The notes below the pieces were generated by a model. That model searched no databases. It saw only the letters and a list, made by a program, of their open reading frames with translations, and was not told the origin of the DNA. Both the position numbers and the translations under genes were made by a program. From an uncultured bacterium (lineage in GTDB: Bacteria; Auribacterota; JACPWU01), in the NCBI GenBank assembly GCA_964640155.1, contig CAZXEQ010000003.1, positions 284,189 through 316,188 on the forward strand: a stretch of 32,000 nucleotides of DNA, in the 5' to 3' direction. This document shows positions 15,064 through 24,369 of this stretch, piece after piece. Each line of letters starts with the position of its first letter. Position 1 is the first letter of the stretch.

Positions 15064-17595
15064 ATGACTCGTCAAAAAATATCCATCCGTGGTGCGCGAG
15101 AACATTTCTTAAAAAACATCAATTTAGATTTACCCCTCCATGAATTAATCGTCGTTACGGGTGTCAGTGGTTCAGGCAAATCCTCTCTTGTGGTTGATAC
15201 GCTTTATCAAGAAGGTCGCAGGCGATATTTAGATTTTGTTTCGGAAGATATGCGGGGCTGGATAGGGGATATTTCTAAACCTGATGTGGATTCTATTGAA
15301 GGGCTTCCCCCTGTTTTTCTTGCGGGACAAGACCGTTCAAAAATAAACAAACGCTCGACGGTTGGAACGCTTGTTGAAGTTCAAGATCTCTTAAGACTTC
15401 TTTTTTCTCGAATCGGAGATATTTTTTGTTATCACTGTCAGAAAAAGCTTAAACGCTATACTTCTCATGAGATTGTTAATGAGCTCTTGAGTCAATTTGA
15501 GAACGAATCTTTTCTTGTATTAGCACCTGTTGCTTCAGAAACATCTCTAGATCGATGGAGAAAAGAAGGATTTGTAAGAGCCCGAATTGATGGAAGAAAC
15601 TTTGATTTAAATGAACCAGAAATTCCTACAGGCAAAGATGTTGAAATTGTTGTTGATCGAATCCTCATCAAACGGCAAGAACGTGCACGTTTAACAGAAT
15701 CTGTTGAAATGGCATTGAAATACGGGAGTGGAGTCGTTCATTTCTTTTCTGAAAATCTTTCTAAAAACTTATTTTTTTCGAATGATTATCGCTGTTTAGA
15801 CTGTCAGCTTCTTTTTGGAAATCTTCCGCCTTCCTCGTTTTCATTTAATAGTCCATATGGAGCGTGTGAACGTTGTCATGGGTTGGGTTTGATGACAGCG
15901 AATAGCAAAGCTACTATGCCTACTTGGCAGTACCGGTCCTCTAAAATATCAATCAAAGGTACTGAATCTGAAAAAGTATGTTCCATGTGTGATGGAAAAC
16001 GTCTAAATCCAGAGGCTTTAGCTGTTCGTTTGGGAGATTGTAATATTTTTGAGCTAGGAGAAAAAAATATTCAAAGTCTCCTGATTTTTTTTAAAGAATT
16101 TAAACCTGGGGGAGAGTTTCAATTTAAGATTTGGAAAGAAATTTCTAAAAAGATTATTGAACGATTAAATCTTCTAATAGAAATGGGGCTTGCTTATCTT
16201 TCTTTGAATCGCAGGGCAACGACTTTATCGTCAGGGGAACTTCAGCGAGTAAGATTAACTTCTCATATGGCTTCGGGGTTGGTGGAGGTAGTTTATATTT
16301 TAGATGAACCTACCTTAGGTTTGCACCCAAGAGAAATCAATCTTTTATTAAAAATTCTATTTAAAGTACGTGATCAGGGGAATACGGTTATTGTGATTGA
16401 ACATGATGAAACTGTGATTCGCTGTGCTGACAAAATTGTAGAATTGGGAGTTGGGGCAGGGCCTGATGGAGGAATGATTGTTGTTGAAGGCTCAATAAAT
16501 AATATCCTTGCTTGCCCACAATCTTTAACCAGGCGTCTTCTTAGAAACTCCATTGAAATGGGCATGTCCCAGCAGGAAGTGAAACCTAAAGTATTTCTAG
16601 AGATTCAAGGGGCTTGTGTCAATAATCTAAAATCAATCAATGTTCAAATACCGCTTGGAGTTTTTTGTTGCATTACGGGAGTGTCAGGTTCGGGTAAAAG
16701 CAGTCTTGTTTATGATGTAGTGGTTAAATTATTGAACCCAAAGATAAAATCTTCAGAAAAGAAAAAACTTTGTAAGGGTATACAGGGACAAGAGCAAATA
16801 GATCAATGCATTGTTGTTGATGCTATTGAAATGGGAAGAAGCCCACGTTCAATTACGGCAACCTATAGTAATGTTTTTGATGAAATTCGAGAGCTTTTCA
16901 CAAAAGGTTCTGAAAGTCGGATGCGAGGGTATACAAAAGATCGATTCAGTTTTAATGTAAAAGGAGGTCGGTGTGAAGCATGTTTGGGTCAAGGCATTCG
17001 TCAAGTTGAGATGACGTTTTTACCTGATTTTGAGATGTCTTGCGATGTTTGTTTGGGAGAGCGTTATAATCCAGAGACATTGGAAGTGAAATTTAAGGGT
17101 AAAAATATTGCTGAAGTTTTGAAAATGACGGTTCAAGAAGCAGTTGATTTTTTTAAAAATATTCCTGGTGTCAGCCGCAAGTTAGAACCTTTGATTGAGT
17201 TGGGCTTGGGATATTTAGCTCTTGGACAAAGCGCGTTTAGTTTTTCGGGCGGAGAAGCTCAGAGACTAAAATTAGCTGTTTTTCTTGCAAAACAAACAAA
17301 AAGACACACACTTTTTGTTTTTGATGAACCTACCCGAGGGCTTCACTTGGCCGATATTGCTTCTTTGATGAAAATTCTATTTCGGCTGAGAGATGAAGGA
17401 CATTCGGTGTTGGTGATTGAGCATCATTTGGCCGTGATTGAACAAGCAGATCATGTGATTGATTTGGGGCCTGGAGCAGGTGAAGAGGGAGGAACTATTA
17501 TTGCTCAAGGATCGCCGCAAGCCATTGCTCAGGAGAAAAAATCTATAACAGGGTCTTTTTTGAAGTCGCGATGGCAGGCTCTTAGGAAGACTTAG
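15064..17595 (+). CDS. uvrA: Excinuclease ABC subunit A (UvrA), short form
   Basis: Two ABC modules (GVSGSGKSSL twice; LSSGELQR / FSGGEAQR; ILDEPT / VFDEPT). Cys4 modules are CYHC..CLDC, CERC..CSMC and CEAC..CDVC. 843 aa versus about 940 for canonical UvrA. Confidence 0.9.
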   Translation: MTRQKISIRGAREHFLKNINLDLPLHELIVVTGVSGSGKSSLVVDTLYQEGRRRYLDFVSEDMRGWIGDISKPDVDSIEGLPPVFLAGQDRSKINKRSTVGTLVEVQDLLRLLFSRIGDIFCYHCQKKLKRYTSHEIVNELLSQFENESFLVLAPVASETSLDRWRKEGFVRARIDGRNFDLNEPEIPTGKDVEIVVDRILIKRQERARLTESVEMALKYGSGVVHFFSENLSKNLFFSNDYRCLDCQLLFGNLPPSSFSFNSPYGACERCHGLGLMTANSKATMPTWQYRSSKISIKGTESEKVCSMCDGKRLNPEALAVRLGDCNIFELGEKNIQSLLIFFKEFKPGGEFQFKIWKEISKKIIERLNLLIEMGLAYLSLNRRATTLSSGELQRVRLTSHMASGLVEVVYILDEPTLGLHPREINLLLKILFKVRDQGNTVIVIEHDETVIRCADKIVELGVGAGPDGGMIVVEGSINNILACPQSLTRRLLRNSIEMGMSQQEVKPKVFLEIQGACVNNLKSINVQIPLGVFCCITGVSGSGKSSLVYDVVVKLLNPKIKSSEKKKLCKGIQGQEQIDQCIVVDAIEMGRSPRSITATYSNVFDEIRELFTKGSESRMRGYTKDRFSFNVKGGRCEACLGQGIRQVEMTFLPDFEMSCDVCLGERYNPETLEVKFKGKNIAEVLKMTVQEAVDFFKNIPGVSRKLEPLIELGLGYLALGQSAFSFSGGEAQRLKLAVFLAKQTKRHTLFVFDEPTRGLHLADIASLMKILFRLRDEGHSVLVIEHHLAVIEQADHVIDLGPGAGEEGGTIIAQGSPQAIAQEKKSITGSFLKSRWQALRKT

Positions 17596-18241
17596 TGTTT
17601 TTCTTTTCTTCAATTTTTATTTCGGATGGAATTTCAAAAATTTCATCGTTAATAGGGGAGGTTTCATCTAATGAAATAGCAGTTTTAGTTATTTTTAAAG
17701 GGCTTTGAATTTCCCATTTCAAAATCAAATCTTTCCATTGCCAGACTTTCATTTTTAGTACTTTATTTTCAATGTTAATTACGTTGCATTCTTTGTCTAG
17801 AATTGTTTCTTTTTCTAGTGATTGAGATGGAATTTCCGGAGAGAGGCCAGAGAGAATTTCCCATTTAAAAACTTTCTTTTCTTCAGACGACATTTGGGTA
17901 AAATTTTTCTTAAAGCGGTTGGGTATTTGAGTTGCGTACTTTTGATTCAAATCTACAACGATAATATCAGTTCCTTTGATGATAGAAAGTAAGTCGATTG
18001 CAATAGCTGAATTGTTTTCAGGAGTTTTGATGCTAATGATGGAGCGAATCTTATTTTCTTTGATATAAAGCTCTTCACTACCACTGCCTTCTCCTTCAAT
18101 TTGATAATGAATTTGGACATGGGGTGGAAAAGGATATTCTTCAGCTAAAAGGGGTTTTGCTTCAAATAAAATGCAGAAAAGGAAAAAAATCCCTCCAGCT
18201 TTTACAAAGCTCATTTTTCTAGAGATGTTCATAGGTGACAT
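17582..18241 (-). CDS. Hypothetical secreted protein
   Basis: ORF 17582..18268 begins with TTG. In-frame ATGs lie at 18241, 18232 and 18214, ahead of a signal-like segment (KMSFVKAGGIFFLFCILFEAKPLLA). The start is uncertain. The 3' end overlaps the uvrA 3' end by 14 nt (convergent). No family recognised. Confidence 0.5.
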   Translation of the reverse strand: MSPMNISRKMSFVKAGGIFFLFCILFEAKPLLAEEYPFPPHVQIHYQIEGEGSGSEELYIKENKIRSIISIKTPENNSAIAIDLLSIIKGTDIIVVDLNQKYATQIPNRFKKNFTQMSSEEKKVFKWEILSGLSPEIPSQSLEKETILDKECNVINIENKVLKMKVWQWKDLILKWEIQSPLKITKTAISLDETSPINDEIFEIPSEIKIEEKKNTKSS

Positions 18242-18364
18242 TTCAAGTTGAACATTCAATCCGATCAAATTTGATTATAGCAAAAAAACTTGCCAGAATG
18301 AAACAATAGAATATTCTCTTTTCTTATAGCCCGTTTCACTCTATACTCTTTTCCTAACTCCATC

Positions 18365-20812
18365 ATGAGACGGTTGTTATTTCTCCTTTTGTTTATTGTT
18401 TATGGGACATCTTTATTCGCTTTTCAAGAAGAAGAAAGCGATCTGTTTTACCTTGCCAAAAGAGCCTATCAAGACAAGCTTTATTACATTTCACAAAGAC
18501 AACTAGAGAAATTTGTAAGCGAATATCCTGCGTCTAGAAAAATGGACGAGGCGCGACTTCTTTTAGGAAAAGTTCTTTATTCTCAAGAACGTTATGATCA
18601 GGCCATTGGACAATTAGATTTCTTGATGCGTCGATACCCTAAAAGCTTTTTTCGCTATGAAGCACTTTATTGGTTAGGAGAAAATTATTTTAGAAAAAAA
18701 GAGTATTTAAAAGTGATTGAGATGTTTTCGGGGTTAGATTTGCAAGCGCTTTCACCTCTTTTGAAAACATATGCCTTAAGCACCAAAGCATGGTGTCATG
18801 CTCAATTGAGATCTTGGAAAGAAGCAAAAGAAATTTTTGGGAAACTTTCCCAAGAAGCGATAGATGCTTTGATACAAGAAGAAGCTTTTTTTATGATTGC
18901 AAAGTGTGATTTAGAATTGGGGGCTCATTCAGAGGCAATTCAAGGATTTATGCAATATATTGAAAAATTTCCCAAAGGAGTTCGTTTAGCGGATGCTTAC
19001 TTTTGGATGGCCGAGTCAAAATATTGGCAAGGGCAGTACTTTGGGGCGATCAAAGACTATCAAAAGGCTTTAACCTTATCTCCTCAGGGAGAATGGGTGG
19101 CGGATGCGTTGTATGGGATTGGATGGAGTTATTTTAATGTGAAAGATTATGTGAGTGAAGCGCGTGTGTTTGAACAACTCCAGAAGGTCTATATCGATAA
19201 TCTTTATCAAGAAGAGGTAACATTAAAGATTGCTGAAGCCTATTTACAACTTCAAAACTTTTTAAAGGCAGGAGTTCAACTTGAAAGTTTTTTGAAGCTT
19301 TATCCACATTCTGAAAAAATATGTGAGGCGATGGAAAAGCTGGGATTTGCTCAATTAAGTCAAGATCATGTGCAAGATGCAATAAGTACATATCAAAAAA
19401 TGCTTCAAACCTGTGAATTCGCAAAGGCAAAAGCTCAAGCACATTATGGATTGGGAGCTTGTTTTTTTAAATTAAAAAAGTACACCTTAGCTCAAAAGCA
19501 CTTCAAGCTATGTCAGGATTTTTCAGATTTAGATGAATTAAAGGCAGAATGCCAGAAGAGAATTGGAGATGTTTTTTATGCCCAGAAAAAATATCATCGT
19601 GCCATTAAAAAATATAAAATTATTTTAACACTTTTTCCTAAAACTAAACAAGTGTCAGACGCTTTATACCAAATTGGAAACTGTTTTTTGAAGGCAGCAG
19701 AATTTGATCAGGCTATTGGAACTTATGAGATTTTAATTGAAAATCATCCAAAAAGCCTTTGGCGGGAACATGCTTTAATGAAAAGAGCATGGGCATATTT
19801 TAGAAAAGGAGAGTATCCATTTTCTATTCAAAACTATCAAAGAATTTTAGATGAGTACCCTAAGAGTGTTTTTCGTGAAGAAGCCATGTTTAAGATTGGA
19901 AATGCTTATTTTAATATGGGGAAGTATGCCAAGGCCTGTGAAGATTATGATTGGCTTCAGGTGAAATTTCCTTCCGGCATCTATGCGCAGCGCGCACTCT
20001 ATGAAACGGGATGGTGTGAATTTAGACAAAATCATTGGGATGAGGCTAAGAAAAGATTTCGGCTTTTTGTTGCAAAATATCCTGATCATAAACTTGCGGC
20101 TGACGCACTTTTGCGTATCGCAGAAGTTTTTTTTAATGAAAACAAATTTGAAGAAGCAGAGAAAGTTTTTCTTGAAATTAAAAAACAATATTCTCACTCA
20201 GACGTGTCAGACGAAGCATTGTTTTTTTTAGGGAAAAGCTATTTTCAATCTCAAAAATATGATTTAGCAAAGGAATCTTTTGAAGAACTTATCAAAAGTT
20301 ATACCCAAAGCGAGTGGCTGATAGAAGCCAAATTTTACATGGGAGAATGTTTCTTTGCCAAAAAGGAGTATGCCCAGGCTCTCGAATGTTATCAAAATTT
20401 TTCTCAAGAGTTTAAAGGAACTTTTTTAGAAATGGAAGCGGTTGAGAGATGCGGAGATTGTCAGTATTTAATGGACCAATATGATATGGCTGCTCAAACT
20501 TATCGGAATACATTTCAAGCTGGGAAAAGTGTCAGTGGTCTTTATAAAATGGGGAAATCATTGCGAAAACTAGGTCGCTTAGAAGAAGCCATTGATTGTT
20601 TCTCTAATATTATTTATAACCATGCGAGTGAAAAACCGTGGGTTGAAAGAGCGTTGTTTGATGCTGCAGAATGTCATGAGACTTTGGGACATTATGATCA
20701 AGCAAAAATCCTTTATCAAAAAGTGATTGAGTTAGAATTTCCACGAAAAGAAGAGGCTTTGAAAAGAATTCACAGGGTTGATGAGGAATTGATTTTGCAG
20801 CTTCAAAAATAG
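18365..20812 (+). CDS. Large tetratricopeptide-repeat (YbgF/BamD-like TPR) protein with a signal peptide
   Basis: 815 aa. The N-terminus is MRRLLFLLLFIVYGTSLFA. Repeats such as A.Y..G..Y....Y..A...F..L...YP.S recur more than 15 times. Confidence 0.8.
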   Translation: MRRLLFLLLFIVYGTSLFAFQEEESDLFYLAKRAYQDKLYYISQRQLEKFVSEYPASRKMDEARLLLGKVLYSQERYDQAIGQLDFLMRRYPKSFFRYEALYWLGENYFRKKEYLKVIEMFSGLDLQALSPLLKTYALSTKAWCHAQLRSWKEAKEIFGKLSQEAIDALIQEEAFFMIAKCDLELGAHSEAIQGFMQYIEKFPKGVRLADAYFWMAESKYWQGQYFGAIKDYQKALTLSPQGEWVADALYGIGWSYFNVKDYVSEARVFEQLQKVYIDNLYQEEVTLKIAEAYLQLQNFLKAGVQLESFLKLYPHSEKICEAMEKLGFAQLSQDHVQDAISTYQKMLQTCEFAKAKAQAHYGLGACFFKLKKYTLAQKHFKLCQDFSDLDELKAECQKRIGDVFYAQKKYHRAIKKYKIILTLFPKTKQVSDALYQIGNCFLKAAEFDQAIGTYEILIENHPKSLWREHALMKRAWAYFRKGEYPFSIQNYQRILDEYPKSVFREEAMFKIGNAYFNMGKYAKACEDYDWLQVKFPSGIYAQRALYETGWCEFRQNHWDEAKKRFRLFVAKYPDHKLAADALLRIAEVFFNENKFEEAEKVFLEIKKQYSHSDVSDEALFFLGKSYFQSQKYDLAKESFEELIKSYTQSEWLIEAKFYMGECFFAKKEYAQALECYQNFSQEFKGTFLEMEAVERCGDCQYLMDQYDMAAQTYRNTFQAGKSVSGLYKMGKSLRKLGRLEEAIDCFSNIIYNHASEKPWVERALFDAAECHETLGHYDQAKILYQKVIELEFPRKEEALKRIHRVDEELILQLQK

Positions 20813-20823
20813 GGGGGATTTTT

Positions 20824-22377
20824 ATGGGGTATAGAAAACAAATTCAACGGTTTTTATTTCTTCATGTGTTTTTTTTGTCTTGTATGTTTTTTTCTGCTTT
20901 TGCCGAGGAGAAGTCAGGGCTTGAGCTTCCAGAGGTTACCATTCTTGGGAAAGATGTTTCTGAATTTCAATATGCCGGCTCTTTTACACATTCAAAAGAA
21001 GCCGGAGAAAAGGAAGAAATTCGAGAATTAGAACGACCTCTTCAAACGATGGATCAAACTGGAAAAACTTCATTTAAAAATTTTTCTACCACTGCAGGTC
21101 GATATGGAACCCTCATTGCAGGTGCTGATTTAGGCGGTATGGAAAAAAACATGGATTATCTTTTTCAAATGAAATATGCAAGAACAGATGGTTATCGAGA
21201 TCATGCAGAGGAAGAATTGATTAATCCTTTGGGTTCCGTGGGTATTCAACTTAAAAATGATTTACGTGTTACAAGTGATTTTAGTTTTTTTCATAAACAG
21301 ATGGATTTACCGGGTCAGGTTACAGCTCCAACTTCTTTAGCAACACGGGAGAATCAGTCTGTTGACTACGAAGGGGGTGTAGAGTTATATCCATTTCCAG
21401 AACAACGGTTGAAAGCCTCTGTTTTTGGAACATTGTCCAGAACGGATGAAGATCCTTTGGAAGAAAGCTTTGATGACCATTTTTTTGGTTTTTCAGCAGA
21501 GATTATGGAAAGTATTTTTAAACTTGGTCTGGAATTTTGGTCAGAAGAATTAGAAAATTTTTATTCTTATCAAAAAATTTCAGGTTTCGCAGGTGTTTCT
21601 GGATGGGAAATTTCTCCAGGTTTGATCTGGGAAAGCTTATTTTGTGTTGATTATTATGAAGGTGAACCTATTCGAGTTGATCCTAAGGTGTCGTTGATGT
21701 GTTTTGTGACGGATCAACTATCATTGTCTTTAAATATTTATCAAAAAATGAAAGTGAGGAGCTGGAGTGAGTCATATCTTTCTGAATATTATGTAGAAGG
21801 CAATTTAACAGAACTGAGGCCTCAAAGAACACTAGGAGGAGATCTAACTTTTTCATATCTCGTTAAAGAGGGTTTTACAACTTCTCTGGCGTTTTTTGGA
21901 GAAAAGGTAAAGAACTTTTATATGTGGCAAGATGTTGATGAGAATGGTTTGTTTACTTTGGAAAACCATCCGGAAGTTTCAATTTTGGGTTTACGGCTTG
22001 AGTTGCAAATAGAAATTTTTAAGTCATTGGTGGGTGTTTCACGATTTACTTTTAGGAATATTCAGGGAGAGGAGTCAGGGTTTGAAAGGGTTCCTTATGT
22101 TCCTGAGCTCAAAGGAGAATGGGGATTGGAATGGAAAAGTCAAAGTGGATTTGGAGTGGGAACTAATTTATCTTATCTGGGAAGACAATTTGTTGGACCT
22201 CAAGGATACGATCAAATTGATGAATATGTTTTATGGGATATGAATGGATTTTATCAGTGGCACAATGCAAAGTTTTTTGTGAAGGTTTTGAATGTTCTTG
22301 ATCAAAGATATGATATCTTTGAAGGGTATCCTGGGCCAAATACACAGTATCAGTTTGGAGTGAATTTAGAGTTTTAG
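20824..22377 (+). CDS. Outer-membrane beta-barrel, TonB-dependent-receptor-like but apparently without a plug domain
   Basis: Signal peptide, alternating beta-strand pattern, TBDR-like barrel entry (GRYGTLIAGADLGG...DYLFQMKYARTDGYRDH), and a C-terminus ending YQFGVNLEF (terminal Phe). Only about 60 residues separate the signal peptide from the barrel. Confidence 0.65.
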   Translation: MGYRKQIQRFLFLHVFFLSCMFFSAFAEEKSGLELPEVTILGKDVSEFQYAGSFTHSKEAGEKEEIRELERPLQTMDQTGKTSFKNFSTTAGRYGTLIAGADLGGMEKNMDYLFQMKYARTDGYRDHAEEELINPLGSVGIQLKNDLRVTSDFSFFHKQMDLPGQVTAPTSLATRENQSVDYEGGVELYPFPEQRLKASVFGTLSRTDEDPLEESFDDHFFGFSAEIMESIFKLGLEFWSEELENFYSYQKISGFAGVSGWEISPGLIWESLFCVDYYEGEPIRVDPKVSLMCFVTDQLSLSLNIYQKMKVRSWSESYLSEYYVEGNLTELRPQRTLGGDLTFSYLVKEGFTTSLAFFGEKVKNFYMWQDVDENGLFTLENHPEVSILGLRLELQIEIFKSLVGVSRFTFRNIQGEESGFERVPYVPELKGEWGLEWKSQSGFGVGTNLSYLGRQFVGPQGYDQIDEYVLWDMNGFYQWHNAKFFVKVLNVLDQRYDIFEGYPGPNTQYQFGVNLEF

Positions 22378-22409
22378 AAATTTATTTTAGCTAAAGAGGA
22401 GAAAAAACA

Positions 22410-23018
22410 ATGTTTTTAATTTTACAAAAAGGTGGACCTGTGATGATTCCTATTATCATGGGATCCATTTTAGCTGTAGCGATTGTGATCGAGCGTATGA
22501 TTCATTTTCACCGTGCTCAGATCGATACAGAAAAGTTTATGTTAGGGATTAAAAATATTTTAAAAAAGGGGAACTTTGTAGAAGCTGTTTCTATTTGTGA
22601 AAGTACTCCAGGTCCTATCGCGCATATTTTAAAAGAAGGAATATTACATCATGATGAGAGTAAGGAAAAAATAAAGGAAGCTATGGAGGAGGCGGGCCTT
22701 CATGAAATTCCTCGTTTAGAAAAAAATCTTTCTGTTCTTGCAACGATTGCTCATGTTGAGCCGCTTTTGGGTCTTTTGGGTACGGTGACAGGAATGATTA
22801 AGTGCTTTATGAAAATTCAACAGTTGGAAGGGATGGTTAATCCTGGGGATCTTGCTGCAGGTATATGGGAAGCTTTGATTACGACTGCGGCAGGCTTAGT
22901 CGTAGCAATACCTACCTATGTTGCTTATAACTACTTGGTTTCAAGGGTGCAAAGTTTTGTGGTAGAGATAGAAAAGAGTTCAAATCATTTGATCAAAATT
23001 TTGGAAGAACAAGGGTAA
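22410..23018 (+). CDS. exbB: MotA/TolQ/ExbB proton-channel protein
   Basis: 202 aa, 3 TM, conserved EPLLGLLGTVTGMI and AEALITTAAGL-like motif (WEALITTAAGLVVAIP). RBS AAAGAGGAG. Confidence 0.88.
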   Translation: MFLILQKGGPVMIPIIMGSILAVAIVIERMIHFHRAQIDTEKFMLGIKNILKKGNFVEAVSICESTPGPIAHILKEGILHHDESKEKIKEAMEEAGLHEIPRLEKNLSVLATIAHVEPLLGLLGTVTGMIKCFMKIQQLEGMVNPGDLAAGIWEALITTAAGLVVAIPTYVAYNYLVSRVQSFVVEIEKSSNHLIKILEEQG

Positions 23019-23025
23019 TTTTGTT

Positions 23026-23433
23026 ATGCGATTTAAGATGAATGTTAAAATTGAAAATCGGCCTATTGATATTACACCTCTTGTTGACGTTGTTTTTCAA
23101 TTGATCATTTTTTTTATGCTCTCTTCAAGCTTTGTGATGCAACCGGGTATTAAAGTAGAACTTCCTAAGGTTCATTTACCTGTGTCTGAGAAGCCAACAG
23201 GTTTAACAGTGGTCATTCGTCGAGATGGGAAAATCTTCTTTAAAGATCAAGAAATTGCTTTGGGTCAACTTGGGAAAGCCTTGAATTTAGAAAAAGGGGG
23301 AAGAAAATGGGAACTTTTGATTGTTAAGGCTGATCAAAAGGCTCTTCATGGAAGGGTGGTTGAAGTTATGGGAATTGCAAAGGACATGGGTTTTTCTAGG
23401 ATTGCGATTGCGACTAAGCCTGATCTTGGATAG
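23026..23433 (+). CDS. exbD: ExbD/TolR biopolymer transport protein
   Basis: 135 aa, with IDITPLVDVVFQLIIFFM and a periplasmic domain (LLIVKADQKALHGRVVEVMGIAKDMG). Confidence 0.88.
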   Translation: MRFKMNVKIENRPIDITPLVDVVFQLIIFFMLSSSFVMQPGIKVELPKVHLPVSEKPTGLTVVIRRDGKIFFKDQEIALGQLGKALNLEKGGRKWELLIVKADQKALHGRVVEVMGIAKDMGFSRIAIATKPDLG

Positions 23434-23447
23434 CGAGAAAAAATAAA

Positions 23448-24122
23448 ATGTTAAAATCTCAGAATAAAGTTTTTCAATTTACTTTTTTTGTTTCTATTTT
23501 CTTCCATGCGCTTGGGTTTGGACTTATTCGGATTAAAGGGGTTGAAGCAAATGTCAATGGAGCCTATGTGGAAGTGGGGCTTTTTGAAGCAGGATGGCAA
23601 GAACCTTTTGTTGATCTTCCTGGGCGTGATGGAAATGATCAAGAAGAATTTTTAGAAATTCCGCGGCATTTACGATTTTCTACAAGTCAAGAAGAGCATT
23701 CTTTAATACAGCAAACCCCTTATCTTAATCTTCCTGAAATAAAGCAAAAGGATGATTCATCTCTAGAGTCTTTAGATGAAGAAAACAAGAACGAATCTTT
23801 TGATGAGAGTTCCAGTAGAAAAGCGACTACGAAGCAGATGATTGAGGGGCCCGCTGCCAGTCGATCAGTTCTCGTAAGTAAATATCCTTCTTATCCTGAA
23901 TGGGCCCAGCGTTATGGGCTTGAATTTGAAGTAAAGCTTAAATTTTGGATTCTTGCAAATGGAGAAATAGGGATGGTTGCCATTGAGAGATCTTCAGGTT
24001 ATCCAGAGATGGATGCGCAAGTTGTCCAGGCTATGAAGCGGTGGCGATTTAATCCTGCTGAAGGAAATTTACAAAGTACGCAGTGGGGGACTATTTTGTT
24101 TAAATTTAGATTAGAGTCCTGA
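23448..24122 (+). CDS. tonB: TonB-family energy transducer (N-terminal anchor plus C-terminal TonB_C domain)
   Basis: N-terminal TM (FQFTFFVSIFFHALGFGLI), an acidic linker, and a C-terminus YPEWAQRYGLEFEVKLKFWILANGEIGMVAIERSSGYPEMDAQVVQAMKRWRFNP that matches the TonB_C pattern. Confidence 0.8.
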   Translation: MLKSQNKVFQFTFFVSIFFHALGFGLIRIKGVEANVNGAYVEVGLFEAGWQEPFVDLPGRDGNDQEEFLEIPRHLRFSTSQEEHSLIQQTPYLNLPEIKQKDDSSLESLDEENKNESFDESSSRKATTKQMIEGPAASRSVLVSKYPSYPEWAQRYGLEFEVKLKFWILANGEIGMVAIERSSGYPEMDAQVVQAMKRWRFNPAEGNLQSTQWGTILFKFRLES

Positions 24123-24132
24123 AAGGCGAAGA

Positions 24133-24369
24133 ATGTTTGAAGTAGATTTATCAACGGCATTTTTTATATATTTAACAATCACTTTGATGGGCATTTTATG
24201 TGCCTGGATTTATTTTGAATATCGTAAAAAGGCGAAGCGTTTTAATCCATTGGAAAAAATCATATTTCGATGTAGAATCTGTGCTCATTCTTATGTGGTT
24301 TCGAAGGATGAATCCTTTTCGAAATGTCCGCAATGCGGAAGTATTCATGATATAGAAAGAAAGTCCTAA
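24133..24369 (+). CDS. Small membrane-anchored zinc-ribbon protein
   Basis: 78 aa. One N-terminal TM (AFFIYLTITLMGILCAWIYF), then CRIC...CPQC (Cys4 ribbon). It is 10 nt after the tonB stop. Confidence 0.55.
   Translation: MFEVDLSTAFFIYLTITLMGILCAWIYFEYRKKAKRFNPLEKIIFRCRICAHSYVVSKDESFSKCPQCGSIHDIERKS

Noticed and set aside
11626-15105. Numerous 60-116-aa minus-strand ORFs inside smc, plus similar ones inside acs, uvrA, the TPR gene, guaA and dnaE
   Set aside because: They are antisense or out-of-frame ORFs within long, motif-supported genes in an AT-rich genome. They have no start context and no recognisable domains.
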